Shown piece by piece: positions 10,802-24,400 of a DNA stretch of 64,000 nt. Both the position numbers and the translations under genes were made by a program. Below the pieces are notes generated by a model. The model was not told where the DNA came from, did no database searches, and worked only from the letters and a program-made list of their open reading frames with translations. Source of the stretch: an uncultured Actinomycetes bacterium (GTDB lineage Bacteria; Actinomycetota; Actinomycetes; S36-B12; UBA10799). Numbering within the stretch: position 1 is the stretch's first letter; every line of letters starts with the position of its first letter. The stretch spans positions 3,434-67,433 of the forward strand of contig CAZVKB010000002.1 in the NCBI GenBank assembly GCA_964627505.1, written 5' to 3'.

Positions 10802-11328
10802 CCACTTCGCCGACACCCCGTACATCGTCAGCGGCACCAGGAAGTTCGGCCGAGTTCGCCGAAGCCCTCATCGCGGAGTACGCCGCGATTTTTCTGTACG
10901 GCAGTGCCGGGGCGCAGATGACCGGTACGGCCCGCTCTGCAGCCGCCGCCGACCTCGATGACCACCGGCGGGGCCGGGATTGGCTGCGCGCAGCGATGTT
11001 GGCGGCGGGGGCCAGTCCACCACCTCCGGCCCCCGCCTACGACACCGCAGGCATCACTGATGAAGCTACCGCTGTGGCGGCGGTCCAGCAGGCTGAATTG
11101 GCCCTCATCCCGCGGTGGGCTGCCCTCGGTGGTGTGGTCACCGGCGATCAGCGGGCGTACTGTGCTGGGCAGTGCCGAAGCGCAGCAACCCGCGCGATGC
11201 GGTGGGGGGCAGCAAGCGCGGCCTTCCCCGGCACCACGGCACCAGCGTCGCCCGCGGACTCAGCGCCGACGGCGGGTGCGGGCGCAGGCAGTGTCGGCAC
11301 GGGCCCGGCGAGTACCGCCACGCCGTAA
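10798..11328 (+). CDS. Ferritin-like (DUF4439-like) protein, paralogous neighbour
   Basis: The in-frame GTG at 10798 overlaps the upstream stop (GTGA). ...FAEALIAEYAAIFLYGSAGA...DDHRRGRDWL... resembles the previous gene. Confidence 0.55.
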   Translation: MTTSPTPRTSSAAPGSSAEFAEALIAEYAAIFLYGSAGAQMTGTARSAAAADLDDHRRGRDWLRAAMLAAGASPPPPAPAYDTAGITDEATAVAAVQQAELALIPRWAALGGVVTGDQRAYCAGQCRSAATRAMRWGAASAAFPGTTAPASPADSAPTAGAGAGSVGTGPASTATP

Positions 11329-11330
11329 CC

Positions 11331-13100
11331 TCACCCGCGCACTGTTGCGACGATCTGATGCACGGCATTGACCAGTTCCACATCGACTCGTTCGCCGCTG
11401 GCACGGTCCTTGATTTCCACCACACCATCTGCCAAGCGCTTTCCCACAACCACGATCGTGGGCACGCCGAGTAGTTCGGCGTCGTTGAATTTCACACCCA
11501 CCGAAGGCCCCCGGCGATCATCGAACATCACGTCCAACCCGGCTTCGAGCAAGCCCGCTACCAGCACCTCGCTGGCCTCGAAAATGTCATCACTCTTGCC
11601 CGCCGCCACCACATGGACGTCTGCCGGCGCCACCGAGCGGGGCCACACGATGCCGTGCGAGTCGTAGTGCTGTTCGACAATGGCTGCGACCGCGCGCGAG
11701 ACACCAATGCCATAACTTCCCATGGTGACAGTCACTTGACGACCAGATTCGTCGAGCACTTTCAGATCGAGCGCTTCGGCATACTTGCGACCCAACTGGA
11801 AGATGTGACCAATCTCGATGCCGCGATCCAGTGAAACCGGTGCCCCACATGAGGGACAAGGATCGCCGGGCCGCACCTCGGCGGCTTCCAACACGCCATC
11901 TCCGGTGAAGTCGCGTCCTGCGACCAAATGATGGACGTGGCGGCCAGGTTCATCGGCACCGGTGATCCAGCTTGTGCCGGGGGCCACTCGCGGATCGAGC
12001 AGATAGCGCACGCCGGTGGGCTTGGCTGCGCCGAGCACGCCGGGGCCGATGTATCCCTTCACCAGCGCAGGGTGAGCCGCGAAGTCGGCTTCTTCGAACG
12101 TGCGCACCTCAGCCGGGTGCACGGCTGCTGCCAGCCGTTTGAGGTCCACCTCCCGATCGCCGGGCAGTCCGATCGCCAGCGGCGTCTGGGTGCCGTCCGG
12201 CGCCACGAGCATCACGACGACGTTCTTCAAGGTGTCTGCTGCAGTCCAGGCGCGTTCGGGGTGGGCGAGGTCTGCCCGCTCGTTGAATAGGGTGACCAGG
12301 GTGTCGATCGTCGGCGAATCAGGAGTGTCTGCGACAACAGCCGGGGGCAGATCAGCCAAATCCACAGGTTCGGGCGGGGCGGTGGTGAATGCCTCCACGT
12401 TGGCCGCAAACCCGCACGCCGCACATCGCACGAAGGTGTCTTCGCCGTGTTCGCACGGTGCGAGGAACTCTTCGCTTTTCGACCCGCCCATGGCGCCGGC
12501 CTGCGCGGAAACGATGACGTAGTTCAGTCCGAGGTTGGCGAATGTGGACTGGTAGGCGCGGCGATGGGCGTCATAGGAAATTGCCAGACCCTCGTCATCG
12601 AGGTCGAAAGAGTAAGAGTCTTTCATCACGAATTCCCGACCGCGCAGAATCCCGGCGCGGGGTCGGGCTTCATCGCGGTACTTCGTCTGAATCTGGTAGA
12701 GCGACAGCGGCAGGTCTCGGTACGAGGAGTACTCGCCCTTCACCAGGGTGGTGAACATCTCCTCGTGGGTAGGGCCGAGGAGATAGTCCGAACCGCGCCG
12801 ATCCTGCAGGCGGAACAGGGTGTCGCCGTATTCCCGCCACCGGCCAGTCTGTTCGTAGTACTCCCGCGGCAACAGGGCGGGGAAATGCACCTCCTGGAAT
12901 CCGGCGGTGTCCATGTTGTCGCGCACGATGGCCTCCACCCGCCGCAGCACGCGATAGCCCAGTGGCAACCAGCTGAAGATGCCGGGCGCAACGCGACGGA
13001 CATAGCCCGCACGCACGAGCAGGCGGTGACTGGGGACCTCCGCGTCGGCCGGGTCTTCGCGCAGAGTGCGCAGAAACAGCGACGACATCCGTAGCAGCAC
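11331..13100 (-). CDS. proS: Proline--tRNA ligase
   Basis: 589 aa. [36 protein letters not shown], class II motifs, an editing-domain insertion and an anticodon-binding C-terminus. Confidence 0.97.
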   Translation of the reverse strand: MLLRMSSLFLRTLREDPADAEVPSHRLLVRAGYVRRVAPGIFSWLPLGYRVLRRVEAIVRDNMDTAGFQEVHFPALLPREYYEQTGRWREYGDTLFRLQDRRGSDYLLGPTHEEMFTTLVKGEYSSYRDLPLSLYQIQTKYRDEARPRAGILRGREFVMKDSYSFDLDDEGLAISYDAHRRAYQSTFANLGLNYVIVSAQAGAMGGSKSEEFLAPCEHGEDTFVRCAACGFAANVEAFTTAPPEPVDLADLPPAVVADTPDSPTIDTLVTLFNERADLAHPERAWTAADTLKNVVVMLVAPDGTQTPLAIGLPGDREVDLKRLAAAVHPAEVRTFEEADFAAHPALVKGYIGPGVLGAAKPTGVRYLLDPRVAPGTSWITGADEPGRHVHHLVAGRDFTGDGVLEAAEVRPGDPCPSCGAPVSLDRGIEIGHIFQLGRKYAEALDLKVLDESGRQVTVTMGSYGIGVSRAVAAIVEQHYDSHGIVWPRSVAPADVHVVAAGKSDDIFEASEVLVAGLLEAGLDVMFDDRRGPSVGVKFNDAELLGVPTIVVVGKRLADGVVEIKDRASGERVDVELVNAVHQIVATVRG

Positions 13101-13187
13101 GGCTGATACCCCTTTCCAAGGTGAGAGGCCAGCCTATAGACCACCGCCACCACAATGTGGGCACGGTGGCGTGGGCGCAGGTGCGGG

Positions 13188-14051
13188 TCAAAAGTAGACG
13201 GTTGCCAGCGTGCCCACTTGGTGAAATCCCGCATGCTCATATGCCCGCAAGGCCGGCACGTTGTAGCTGTTGACGTACAAGCTCACCGTTGGAGCGAAAC
13301 GGCGGGCGATGGCGACCGTCGCGCGCATGCCGGCGGTGCCGATCCCCTGGTTCCGCCGTTGTGGCCGCACCCACACCCCTTGGATGTGACAGGTGTGGGC
13401 GGTGACTGCGGCGATCTCGGCTTTGAACACCACACCATCAGGATCCCTGGCCAGTAGCAGCCGCTGATGAGCCACCAGCAGCGCGATCCGGGCCCGGTAA
13501 GCCGTAGCCGTGCTGCCGCGCAGTGGCGATACCCCCACTTCTTCGGTGAACATGTCGACCGAAGGCTGGTACAAATCGGTGACGTCCTCCGGTTGCGCGA
13601 TGGTGACGCGCAGCGGTTCGGGCGCGTGGCTGGAGGTTGTGCCTGGCTGCAGCCCGCGAGTGAGCAACAGCGGTTGCTCAGGGCGGAGGTCTCGGGGTGG
13701 CCCCCAAGCCGGTGCCAATGGTGGCCAGAATTCGGCGAGCAGCCACCTCGGCCCCACAATCGACACGCATCGTCGCGGAAACGCTCCCACATGCGCTCCC
13801 AACGCTGCCGCAGCGGCGCCGGTGGCAGCGGGAGCGTCTGCTTCGGGCGCGCCACTGAGAGTCACGTTGCCGCCGACATGGGCTAAGGCCAGAAGGTGGC
13901 CATGGCGAAAGGCCCCCCACGTGTCACCGCCCGAGCGGGACACACCTGTCATCTGGAAACGCGCGATCAGCATGGCGGCAGCGATGGGGTCGGCGTCCAA
14001 GAGCGCTCTGACCACGGGCAGGTCCGAGTCGGTCAACCGCTGAATGTCCAC
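13188..14051 (-). CDS. GNAT family N-acetyltransferase (two-domain)
   Basis: The C-terminal domain carries the acetyl-CoA motif VRPQRRNQGIGTAGM and ...NVPALRAYEHAGF. Adjacent to proS. Confidence 0.75.
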   Translation of the reverse strand: MDIQRLTDSDLPVVRALLDADPIAAAMLIARFQMTGVSRSGGDTWGAFRHGHLLALAHVGGNVTLSGAPEADAPAATGAAAAALGAHVGAFPRRCVSIVGPRWLLAEFWPPLAPAWGPPRDLRPEQPLLLTRGLQPGTTSSHAPEPLRVTIAQPEDVTDLYQPSVDMFTEEVGVSPLRGSTATAYRARIALLVAHQRLLLARDPDGVVFKAEIAAVTAHTCHIQGVWVRPQRRNQGIGTAGMRATVAIARRFAPTVSLYVNSYNVPALRAYEHAGFHQVGTLATVYF

Positions 14052-14174
14052 AGTGGCAATCTAGACCGTTCCGGACGCACAGGCAGGCAGTCGAACAGTA
14101 CCTGGACGGACCTAAATGTCCGACCTGAACCGCACGGACCCGACCGCGGATAACGTCGACGGTCGGCTGCGGAA

Positions 14175-16931
<2,757 letters not shown>

Positions 16932-17081
16932 GGTTCTCCTTTGCGAAGGTCGTGGACGTACCCGCCAACCGACGGGATCGCCCGTGGTAGCCAACCAGCG
17001 CCGGGGTGAATGAGGGCACCGGCGGGGTCGCTGCGGCCAGCCTAGCCACATCCGTCACATGAAGTAAACTTCAGGCGTCGC

Positions 17082-18230
17082 TCAACTCACAGACACTTCA
17101 GGCTCGCCTGCGCCTTCCATGGTCTCCGCTAAGCGCATCGCCTCGGCGATCAACGTTTCCACGATTTGCGCTTCTGGCACTGTGGCGATCACTTCCCCCT
17201 TGACAAAAATTTGGCCCTTGCCATTTCCAGAAGCCACGCCCAGGTCGGCATCCCGAGCCTCTCCCGGTCCGTTCACCACGCATCCCATCACCGCCACCCG
17301 CAGCGGAACATCGAGACCCTCCAACCCGGCGGTCACCTGCTCGGCCAGCGTGTACACGTCCACCTGGGCGCGGCCACAGGACGGGCAGGAGACGATCTCC
17401 AGCCCACGCTCCTTGAGGTTGAGCGACTCGAGAATCTGGTTGCCCACCCGGACTTCTTCGATCGGCGGTGCCGACAGTGACACCCGGATGGTGTCGCCAA
17501 TGCCCCTGGACAACAACGCCCCGAAGGCCACCGATGATTTGATCGTGCCCTGGAAAGTGGGTCCGGCCTCTGTCACTCCAAGGTGCAACGGGTAGTCGCA
17601 CCTCTCAGACAGCAACATGTACGCCTTGATCATCACCACCGGGTCGTGGTGTTTCACCGAGATCTTGATGTCCCGAAAGTCGTGCTCCTCGAACAGCGAG
17701 GCCTCCCACAATGCCGACTCCACCAGCGCCTCGGGAGTGGCTTTGCCGTACTTGGCCATCAGGCGTTTGTCCAGCGACCCGGCGTTCACACCGATCCGGA
17801 TCGGGGTGCCGTGGTCTCTGGCGGCTTTGGCGATCTCGCCCACCTTGTCGTCGAAACGTTTGATGTTCCCGGGATTCACCCGCACTCCCGCACATCCGGC
17901 TTCGATGGCGGCAAACACGTACTTGGGCTGGAAGTGAATATCGGCGATCACCGGGATTCCCGACTTCCGAGCAATCTGCGGCAGCGCTTCGGCATCGTCC
18001 TGGCTCGGTACCGCCACCCGCACCACCTGGCACCCGGCCGCGGTGAGTTCGGCGATCTGCTGCAACGTGGCATTCACGTCGGCGGTCACTGTGGTGCACA
18101 TGCTTTGCACGCTCACCGGCGCTCCCCCACCCACCGCCACCGGATGACGCGGATGGTCCAGCAGGATCTGCCTGGTGGGCCGCCGCGGTGCGACGGTGGA
18201 CACGGACGGAATACCGAGCGCAATGGTCAT
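17082..18230 (-). CDS. ispG: 4-hydroxy-3-methylbut-2-en-1-yl diphosphate synthase (flavodoxin)
   Basis: 382 aa with full-length GcpE-type sequence (…[13 protein letters not shown]…[10 protein letters not shown]…). Confidence 0.96.
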   Translation of the reverse strand: MTIALGIPSVSTVAPRRPTRQILLDHPRHPVAVGGGAPVSVQSMCTTVTADVNATLQQIAELTAAGCQVVRVAVPSQDDAEALPQIARKSGIPVIADIHFQPKYVFAAIEAGCAGVRVNPGNIKRFDDKVGEIAKAARDHGTPIRIGVNAGSLDKRLMAKYGKATPEALVESALWEASLFEEHDFRDIKISVKHHDPVVMIKAYMLLSERCDYPLHLGVTEAGPTFQGTIKSSVAFGALLSRGIGDTIRVSLSAPPIEEVRVGNQILESLNLKERGLEIVSCPSCGRAQVDVYTLAEQVTAGLEGLDVPLRVAVMGCVVNGPGEARDADLGVASGNGKGQIFVKGEVIATVPEAQIVETLIAEAMRLAETMEGAGEPEVSVS

Positions 18231-18301
18231 GATGCTCTCCTCAACAAAGCGATACCCGCCATTATCGCCCCTGGGCCAGATGTCGCCTTGTCGAAGGTGC
18301 C

Positions 18302-19045
18302 GTGTCGTATAGCGTGTCGGTCATGTCTTCCACCCGTGGCCTGCGTCGTTCGGCGCATTTGCTGGGCACATTTCGCTTGGAGCAGACGCAGCCCGAGGTC
18401 TTTTACCGCGCGATTGCCGAAGACAGCATCGACCTGATCTCCGACTATGCCCGAGTAGGCGATGCCCTTGTGCTCGATGTCGGCGCCGGTCGGGAGCAGT
18501 TCGCAGAAGTATTCGCCGCCCACGGCGCTCGCTACATCGCCATCGACCCGGATGTCTCGCTGCTCGACGACACCCCGGCGAGTCGTTCCACAGTGGTGGG
18601 TGACGGCTACCACCTGCCGTTCGCCGACGGCAGCAGCGACATCACGTTCTGTTCGAACGTGCTGGAGCATGTGACGGATCCCGCGCGTCTAGTCGCGGAA
18701 CTGGCCCGGGTGACTGCACCGGGTGGAGTCATCGCGGTCTCCTACAGCAACTGGCTGGGACCCTGGGGCGGCCACGAGACCTCGCCCTACCACTATTTCG
18801 GCGGGCACTGGGCAGCCCGCCGATATACCCGCCACTACGGGCACCCGCCGAAGAACCGTCTGGGCGTCAACATGTACGCGCTGTCGGTGGCGGAGGGCTT
18901 GCGAATCGCCCGCCCCACGCCGGGCACCACGTTGCTGGACGCGCGACCGCGGTATCACCCGGATTGGGCAACCTGGGTGCTCGCGATCCCCGGCCTGCGC
19001 GAGTTCATCACTTGGAACCTCTGGTTTGTCTTGCGTAAGGTATGA
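18302..19045 (+). CDS. Class I SAM-dependent methyltransferase
   Basis: Motif [13 protein letters not shown], plus ...NVLEHVTDP...PGGVIAVS. Its stop overlaps the next start (ATGA). Confidence 0.8.
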   Translation: MSYSVSVMSSTRGLRRSAHLLGTFRLEQTQPEVFYRAIAEDSIDLISDYARVGDALVLDVGAGREQFAEVFAAHGARYIAIDPDVSLLDDTPASRSTVVGDGYHLPFADGSSDITFCSNVLEHVTDPARLVAELARVTAPGGVIAVSYSNWLGPWGGHETSPYHYFGGHWAARRYTRHYGHPPKNRLGVNMYALSVAEGLRIARPTPGTTLLDARPRYHPDWATWVLAIPGLREFITWNLWFVLRKV

Positions 19046-21012
19046 CCCAAATGACCACCATAACCACCAGTGCAGGCACCGACAGCGACATTTCCAACCA
19101 GCAGGAGCCGACCGGCACACGCTGGTCCCACATCAAAGCGCTTGATGGCCTGCGGGCAGTCGCCGTCCTTGCCGTGATGATTTTTCACTTCGGTTCAGGC
19201 TTCCTCTCAGGCGGCTTTCTGGGGGTGGATCTCTTCTTCGTCCTCAGCGGTTTTCTCATCACCTCACTGCTCGTGGTCGAGTGGCGGCGTTGGGGCGGCA
19301 TCGACATGTTCGCCTTTTGGGGCCGCCGCATCCGACGCCTGATGCCAGCCCTCATCGTCGTGACTATCTTCACGTTGATCCTGGCGTGGGCAATCGATCA
19401 CCCGCGCGGCGGCAGCAACGGTTTTGATGCGCTGGCGTCACTGGTGTATCTGAACAATTGGAACCAGGTGATCGATGGTTCGAACTACTTTGACTCGTTC
19501 GTCGGGCCCTCGCCGTTTCTCCACACTTGGTCTTTGGCAATTGAAGAGCAGTTCTACCTGGTGTGGCCGCCGGTGTTGTTGGTGCTCCTGGCGAAGTGGC
19601 GCGGAAAGTTGAGCAACGTCGCAGTCGTCGTCATCGGAGTCGTGCTGTTGTCTGCGGTGCTCATGGCTGTGCGGTATTCCGATGCGAATCCCACCGTGGC
19701 CTACGTCTCCACCGACACCCGACTGCAGACGATCGGCTTGGGCGCTCTCATTGCCCTCTTCACCGCCGGAGCCGCCGGAGCGACGGCACCGACGTTCTTT
19801 GGCCGGCATCGATTCTTGGCGCAAGTGGTCTCCCTGGCCCTCATCGTCGCTCTGATTATCGGTTTCGCCACGGTTGATGGGATGGATCCTTGGATGTATC
19901 GGGGTGGCTATCTGCTGTTTGCCGCCATCTCTGGACTTCTGATTTGGGTGGTGGTCACAGCACCCAGCACTGCGATCTCGCGCGCATTGTCGATTCGTCC
20001 AGCCGTAGCGATCGGTGTGATCAGCTATGGCCTCTATCTCTGGCACTGGCCGATGTACGTCTTTCTCACTCCGGAATCCACCCGACTAGACGGCGCAGCG
20101 CTGTTCGCCACGCGAACCGCCTTGACGTTCGCTGCCGCCATCGGCAGCTATTTCGCCATCGAACGGCCCATCCGTCGGCGGGCAGTCCGGGATCGGTTCG
20201 GTCCGCGTGCGGAAACGGCGGTGATGGTTGTGGGTGTGCTGGTGGCCATGGCCATTGCGGTGACCACACTGGCCACACGCCCAGCCGTGGCCAAGGACGG
20301 CATGTCTGTGGCCACCTCGTCGAATGCAACCTTCGGCGCCACCCGCACACTGCTGTACGGCGACTCTGTGACATTCGCCATCAACAAAGACTTTGACGAG
20401 GCAGCACACCCGAACATCGATCCCGTTGCCAGTTCCTGGCTTGGCTGCCCCTCGTTGCCGCTGACCCAGCGCATCGAAGGCGTAGATGAGCCTCCGCGGG
20501 ACTATTGCCAAAAGTGGTACTCCACCTGGCAGCAGACCATGGTGCAGGCCAATCCGGACGTGGCGTTGATGTTCGCCGGACAATGGCTGATGTTCGACAC
20601 CGTGAAAGATGGCGAAGTGCTCGAGTTCGGTACCCCGCAATGGCGGGACTACATGACCGCGCAATGGGATGCCTACATCGGACCGATGACCGAACAGGTT
20701 CCCACTGTCGCCATCGTGAATGAGCCCTGTTACCGACTGTATGCCGGCGGTGGCTCTTTCCACGCCTCGATCCTCAACGACGATCAGAGAATCGAGACGA
20801 TGAACCAGTTCCTGGCGGACTATGCAGCCGAGCGAGGACTACCCATCGTGGATTTCTACGACTTCCGCTGTGGCCCTGGGAAGGATCCCGAAATCATCGG
20901 CGGAACTAAGGCCACTGACGACGGCGTCCATCCCACACCCGAAGCAAATCAATACATCTGGGATTGGCTCGCCAGCGAGATCACCCGCTTGTCGCAAACC
21001 CAAGACACCTGA
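19042..21012 (+). CDS. Acyltransferase-3 family membrane O-acyltransferase with C-terminal SGNH domain (OafA-like)
   Basis: N-terminus LDGLRAVAVLAVMIFH, about 10 hydrophobic segments, and a C-terminal domain with LLYGDSVTF (GDS) and DDGVHPT (DxxH). Confidence 0.85.
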   Translation: MTQMTTITTSAGTDSDISNQQEPTGTRWSHIKALDGLRAVAVLAVMIFHFGSGFLSGGFLGVDLFFVLSGFLITSLLVVEWRRWGGIDMFAFWGRRIRRLMPALIVVTIFTLILAWAIDHPRGGSNGFDALASLVYLNNWNQVIDGSNYFDSFVGPSPFLHTWSLAIEEQFYLVWPPVLLVLLAKWRGKLSNVAVVVIGVVLLSAVLMAVRYSDANPTVAYVSTDTRLQTIGLGALIALFTAGAAGATAPTFFGRHRFLAQVVSLALIVALIIGFATVDGMDPWMYRGGYLLFAAISGLLIWVVVTAPSTAISRALSIRPAVAIGVISYGLYLWHWPMYVFLTPESTRLDGAALFATRTALTFAAAIGSYFAIERPIRRRAVRDRFGPRAETAVMVVGVLVAMAIAVTTLATRPAVAKDGMSVATSSNATFGATRTLLYGDSVTFAINKDFDEAAHPNIDPVASSWLGCPSLPLTQRIEGVDEPPRDYCQKWYSTWQQTMVQANPDVALMFAGQWLMFDTVKDGEVLEFGTPQWRDYMTAQWDAYIGPMTEQVPTVAIVNEPCYRLYAGGGSFHASILNDDQRIETMNQFLADYAAERGLPIVDFYDFRCGPGKDPEIIGGTKATDDGVHPTPEANQYIWDWLASEITRLSQTQDT

Positions 21013-21087
21013 GATCCAACCGCCGCCGCACCGCGAACAAGTCCAACCGCCGCACCGCAACCGGTTCCGCTCACGGACTAGTTCCAG

Positions 21088-21489
21088 TCACGGACTCGGG
21101 CTCCGAGCAACTTCCACCCGGCGATTCAACCCGAAGGTGGCAATGCCGGCGATACCCACGATCATCGAGGAGCCCACCAAACCGGCCGCCAGCAGGCGCT
21201 GTCGCGAGGTGGCTTGTTGACAACTGGCAGTTGCCCGCGGGGTGCTGGTAGTCGCGTTTCCGCAGATCAGTGTTTCCCCTGTGGCACCTGCCACGGTCAC
21301 GGGCCAGTAGACAGCCACTCCGGCCCACATCAACAGACACAGGACTATCGCCAAGGAGAGTTTGCTACCCCGGCTGAGGACCGCCACATCCCGCTGCGAC
21401 CGACCGGGTGACGGTGCCGCAGACTCAGCAGCCCTGGCTGTGTGGGCGGACACGCCGGGACTCGCTACTCCACTAGACTCTGGCACCAT
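21088..21489 (-). CDS. Hypothetical small membrane protein (two predicted TM helices)
   Basis: ORF only, with hydrophobic stretches LSLAIVLCLLMWAGVAVYWPV and LLAAGLVGSSMIVGIAGIATF. Divergent from the AftD-like gene. Start uncertain. Confidence 0.4.
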   Translation of the reverse strand: MVPESSGVASPGVSAHTARAAESAAPSPGRSQRDVAVLSRGSKLSLAIVLCLLMWAGVAVYWPVTVAGATGETLICGNATTSTPRATASCQQATSRQRLLAAGLVGSSMIVGIAGIATFGLNRRVEVARSPSP

Positions 21490-24400
21490 GCTGTCTCTCT
21501 CCCACCGGTCGAACGGGGTGTCGTCCCCAACGGTTGTATCGGCCCGGGAGAAACTTGTCTACGCCGTGCTCGGTCTACTTCTACTCTTGTTGCTATTCAC
21601 GAGTCAACGCGGGCTCTTCACCCCTGATATCAAACCAGAGGTTTACCTTAACCCGATCCTACGGCTGAAACTGGACCTCGGCACCTGGCTACCCAACCCC
21701 AGTTTGGGCACATCGAATTACAACATGGGTCTGGCCCCGTATGACGGCCTCAACGCCGCGCTGCATGTTGCGGGCGTTCCGCCGGAAGCGGCACCTCGAA
21801 TCATTCGGTGGGTCTTCTATCTCTTGGGTGCGTGGGGCGCCGTGAGGCTGATTCGCACCCTGGCACCCGGCGCGGACTCGCCGGCCCTCAGGTTGACCAC
21901 GGCAGTTGTCTTCGTGCTCAATCCCTACTCTGTTGTGGCTGGCAGCACGGCTGCGATTCTGATCCCCTACACGCTGTTCCCATGGTTCCTGGCAGCCACC
22001 ATCAGTACCCTGCGCAATCGTTCTTGGCGCTCGGCCGCCGCTGCCGCGTTGCTGTTCGCCGCGATGACCGGAATGAATGTGGGGGCTGTGCCGCTGTTGC
22101 AACTCGCTGCGCTCCCAGCACTTGTGGGCTGGTTACTGTGGCGCCGCGAAATCACTGTCCGCCATGCGCTGGCAGGTTTGACCAAACTCGCCACGCTGAG
22201 TGTCGGGGTGTCGCTGTACTGGCTGTTGCCCTCGGTATTTGCCGCAGGAGCTGCCACCACGGTTATCGACAATTCCGAAACTCTGACCAGCGTCGCCAGC
22301 ACCAGCAGTTGGTCTGAAGTATTGCGTGGCCTTGGTCTTTGGCCGCTGTATGGGCAGTCGATCAGTGGCCCCTGGCAACCAGGTTTCGTCCCCTATCTCG
22401 CCGATATCGCCGTAATCTTGGCCTCATTCGCGGTCTTGGTGCTGGCAATTTTGGGAACTGTCGTCACGAAGTTGCCGGTGCGCACATTGATTCTGGCGCT
22501 GTTCTTGGTGGTCGGCTCGGTGATGGTGGGGATGCACCCACCGGAACACCCCTCGCCCCTGGGCCGTCTATTGTTACGCGCTTTCGAAGCGTTCCCCAGC
22601 CTGCTGGCATTGCGCACCACCAACAAAGCCGGTGCCGGCGTGGCCCTCGCCCTCACGTTCGGGGTGGCTCTGCTGGTGGTCTGGCTCAGTCGGCGCCAAC
22701 TCAGCGGGCTCATGCGAGCAACAAGTCTGACGATGGTGGCGGCGACCGTGCTACTGGCCTCACAGCCGGTGTGGGCAGGCCAGTGGTTCTTGGGTCGGTG
22801 GGCAATCCCGGACTACTGGCAGCGCGCCTCCAACTATTTGAACACCTCGCAACCAGGTCGACTGTGGTTCGTACCCGGCGAGGTGCTCGCCCACTACACG
22901 TGGAGCACTTCCAGTGTGGACGACGTCAACCTGTCGTGGTTCGGCAATCGGGAATCTCTCGTGCGCACCGTATTGCCGACTGAAAGTCCGGAATCCACCA
23001 ACTTGCTGTTCGCCATCGATAATCAGTTGCAAAACGGCCGTGCCACCGGAAATTCGCTGTCCTACATGGCGGCATTGCTTGGGGCTGATCAACTGTTAGT
23101 TCGCAATGACACGAACTGGGAGGATTACGACGGCGCGGCACCCGACCAGGTGATGGCGCAGGTGCAAGCCGATCCGGGGCTGTCCCCCATCGTCGCTTTC
23201 GGATCTCCCGGCGAAAATGTGGACCTGCCGGTGACTGCCACCGAGCCGGCGCCATCCCCATTGGCGGTGTTCGCGGTTCCCGGTGCGCAACCACCCACAC
23301 GGGCACTTCCGGAAGACGCCACCACCGTTCTGGTGGGTGATGGTTTGGGCATCATCAACACCCGATCCTTCGGATTGTTGCCAGCGGAACCGGTGCTGCG
23401 CTATGCCTACCAGTTGGACCGTGACCAAGCGCTGGCACTCACGGGGGCTAGCCACAGGTGGCTGTTGACCGATACCAATCGGCGAACCGAAGTCGCCTCC
23501 GGTCACTTACGCGACGCGGTCGGCCCGCTACTCACTCCGGAGCAGATCCCAGCCAGCACTCGGGCATTGGGGAGTGAGGGTGATCAGACTGTTGCCTACT
23601 ACAAGGGAATCGATAGCCTCAGCGCATCCACTTACGGGGTGATGGGGCGAGGCGGGCTCTACGGCAACCCGAACTACGCAGTGGATGGCGACTCGAACAC
23701 AGCGTGGGTCGCGGGTGTGTTCGCAGACGCTACTGGCGAATGGTTGGAATTGCGTTTTGACCAGCCGCAGCCGCTAGACGTCGTGCAGATTCAATCGCTG
23801 GTGACCGGGGAGAGCCGGATCTCCAGTTTCACCATCCAGGCCGATGAGCAAGCTCGGACTGCTGTGGTCCGCCCCGACGGCACCGCCACTACGGATTTCC
23901 GCGGGCTCACCAGCGACACGCTGCGCATCACAGTCGGCGGCGAAGACAACCCAGGCGTGAGCCCGGTCGGGATTTCTGAGCTCAGGATCGACGGTGTGGA
24001 GATCCAGCGCGGCGCCCGGCTGCCCCAAACCATGTCGGCCATCGCCGACCTCGATGGCGGGGCGTTCGCGGACGAACTCGCCACGAGCCCGATCGACATC
24101 ATGATGACGCAGAGTTATGACTCGATTGGCCTGCTCGATGATCAGCCGGTGATGTTGCGGGCCTTCTCCCTGCCCGTGAACAAGACCTACCAGGCGCATG
24201 GATTCGTGCGACCGACAATCCCCGGCACGCTACCCATCCAAGACGAACGCGGCTGCGCCCGAATCGCCACATTGGATGGCGAACCGCTGTGGGCCGCCCC
24301 CCTCCTGGGAGCAGTGTCAGCCACGGATCCATGGCCTTTCACCACCTGTGACCCAGTCTTCGTCAGTGCCGGGTCACACGAGTTGGCACCCGTCCCGGAG

